DNA from: Candidatus Nitrosocaldus sp.
GTDB lineage: Archaea; Thermoproteota; Nitrososphaeria; Nitrososphaerales; Nitrosocaldaceae
Direction: 5' to 3'
NCBI GenBank assembly: GCA_025054855.1
Contig: JANWZS010000004.1
Coordinates: 22,966-54,965, forward strand
Length of the DNA stretch: 32,000 nt
How positions within the stretch are numbered: position 1 is the first letter of the stretch; every line of letters starts with the position of its first letter. The position numbers and the translations under genes were made by a program. The notes below the pieces were generated by a model that had not been told where the DNA came from, made no database searches, and worked only from the letters and a program-made list of their open reading frames with translations. This document shows, one piece after another, positions 30,991 through 32,000 of this stretch.

Positions 30991-31197
30991 ATGGGCAAGG
31001 TAGGCAAGGGGGTAAGGTGCAGTGTCGTAGAGTGCGGCAACAACGCTGTAAGGTCCCTAGACTCTGGCAAGGTCAGGGGCTCAGGGCTTGATGTAGGTGA
31101 AGGGAAGAGGGTTTACCTCTGCGAGGAGCACTACAAGCAGTGGAAGAAGAACTTCAAGCAGAGCAAGAGCGATGATGTGAGCATAAGGTACAAGTGA
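30991..31197 (+). CDS. Small putative zinc-binding protein (C-x4-C ... C-x2-H)
   Basis: 68 aa with a basic C-terminus. The candidate zinc ligands are in RCSVVECGNNAV...VYLCEEHYKQWKK. No family was recognised. Confidence 0.5.
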   Translation: MGKVGKGVRCSVVECGNNAVRSLDSGKVRGSGLDVGEGKRVYLCEEHYKQWKKNFKQSKSDDVSIRYK

Positions 31198-31484
31198 GGT
31201 TTGATGTAACACAATGCAACTAACAGCTGTGTATGTAGCCTTTACAGCAGGATGATTATGGTGCATGCTGGGGATGACCTTGGAAGAGTTGCATGTATTT
31301 CGCTCACTGTAGTTGCTCGCATGGTTATTTGATCACAGATAAACACAGAGTTATTATTTGATAACAACTTGGTTATAAGATGTAAATATACGTGGTTTAA
31401 ACGTGTGTAGCATCCACAATAATATTATAAATTATATAATGCCAAATAGTGGTATGATAGCCTCAAAAAAATAAGCGTGATGAG

Positions 31485-31742
31485 TTGAGGTTGATAAACG
31501 ATATCCTTACAGTGCTCTTGGATGAAGGGGAGGCAAACAAGATAACACTGCTCCATAGGGCAAATCTAGACTCACGTCTCCTCAGTAGGTACCTTAACAT
31601 ACTGAATGATGCGGGGCTTATAGAGATGAAGGATATAAGGGGGAAGATGAGCATAAGGATAACTGACGAGGGTACAAGGTTCATAGTTCTCTACAAGGAG
31701 TTGAGGTATATGATAAACGGTAAGCGAGTAAGTAAGACGTGA
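31485..31742 (+). CDS. Winged-helix transcriptional regulator (COG3432-like)
   Basis: INDILTVLLDEGEANKITLLHRANLDSRLLSRYLNILNDAGLIEM...ITDEGTRFIVLYKEL matches the small archaeal wHTH family pattern. It starts at a TTG, with an AT-rich promoter region upstream. Confidence 0.65.
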   Translation: MRLINDILTVLLDEGEANKITLLHRANLDSRLLSRYLNILNDAGLIEMKDIRGKMSIRITDEGTRFIVLYKELRYMINGKRVSKT

Positions 31743-31789
31743 TGACACACCCAATCATCTATTATTTTATGGCTGATAGGCGGTTGAGA

Positions 31790-32000
31790 TCAGTATATTA
31801 GAGCGCTGCTAAGCCCGAGCAGCCTGTGCCCTATGAATGCGCACTCCTTGAGCCCCAGCCTCCTAGCACTGTTGAGTGTAGCAAACTGCAAGAGGAATGT
31901 ATAGTAGAGCAATCTACCCAGGGTCTCAGCACTGCCATCACTACTGCTACTAACACCCTCTCTTCCAGCATACTCTATGAGTTTAGCATCTATACCACTG
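31790..32000 (-). CDS. C-terminal 69 aa of an unidentified protein; the 5' end lies outside the window
   Basis: My own minus-strand translation gives ...SGIDAKLIEYAGREGVSSSSDGSAETLGRLLYYTFLLQFATLNSARRLGLKECAFIGHRLLGLSSALIY*, with the stop at 31792-31790. It is an open frame to the window edge with plausible composition. No family was recognised. Confidence 0.35.
   Translation of the reverse strand, partial: SGIDAKLIEYAGREGVSSSSDGSAETLGRLLYYTFLLQFATLNSARRLGLKECAFIGHRLLGLSSALIY

Noticed and set aside
30981-31070. A 30-aa N-terminal extension of the CDP-alcohol phosphatidyltransferase ORF, and similarly 21142..21165 for amoX.
   Set aside because: The extension overlaps the divergent gene at 30991 and is Pro/Leu/Thr-rich. 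Internal ATGs with upstream TATA-like elements give proteins that begin where the family normally begins.
31476-31540. A GTGATGA sequence resembling a C box of an archaeal C/D-box sRNA.
   Set aside because: No CTGA D or D' boxes occur at the expected 12-nt guide spacing, and there is no terminal stem. The region is better explained as the 5' end of the wHTH gene.

Overview
This window is an archaeal chromosomal segment, most likely from an ammonia-oxidising archaeon (Nitrososphaeria/Thaumarchaeota). It carries unmistakable archaeal-type amoA, amoX, amoC (minus strand) and amoB (plus strand) at 20.1-22.8 kb. Heavy use of AGG/AGA (Arg) and ATA (Ile) codons at about 50% GC hints at a thermophilic lineage, but that is only an inference. 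The rest is densely packed core genes, roughly 42 CDS:
- Carbon and lipid metabolism: a partial ADP-forming acyl-CoA synthetase translationally coupled to a class III-like PHA synthase, cis-prenyltransferase UppS, a geranylgeranyl reductase-family flavoprotein, and a CDP-alcohol phosphatidyltransferase.
- Respiration and cofactors: UbiE/MenG methyltransferase, heme O synthase CtaB, and NAD kinase fused to a wHTH domain.
- Translation and transcription: Pth2, a COG2888 Zn-ribbon with aEF-1beta, S15, SerRS, the L21e-RpoF-DUF655 block, and S26e.
- Protein and DNA maintenance: CDC48/VCP, a PAC2 proteasome chaperone, an endonuclease IV-like protein, a RecJ/Cdc45-like DHH protein, and a Pcc1-like protein.
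- Transport and regulation: an MFS transporter, a CPA2 antiporter, and several wHTH regulators.

I found no tRNA or rRNA genes, CRISPR arrays, transposases or integrases.

The most interesting region is the AMO locus. Four uncharacterised small membrane or secreted proteins (124, 66, 89 and 123 aa) flank it, and a 305-bp divergent amoC/amoB control region carries repeated AATAATCGA boxes. Secondary observations:
- Domain fusions: GcvH-TusA, wHTH with a B12-binding-like domain, and NadK-wHTH.
- An archaemetzincin-like protein lacking HExxH.
- An unusual load of microsatellites: (CAAT)14, alternating purine-pyrimidine (ACAT)n tracts, and a G-depleted tract with a G-quadruplex/i-motif pattern.
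- In-frame low-complexity insertions in conserved proteins.

Many long antisense 'shadow' ORFs in the supplied track are rejected as artefacts. All homology calls come from motif recognition by eye; no database search was run.
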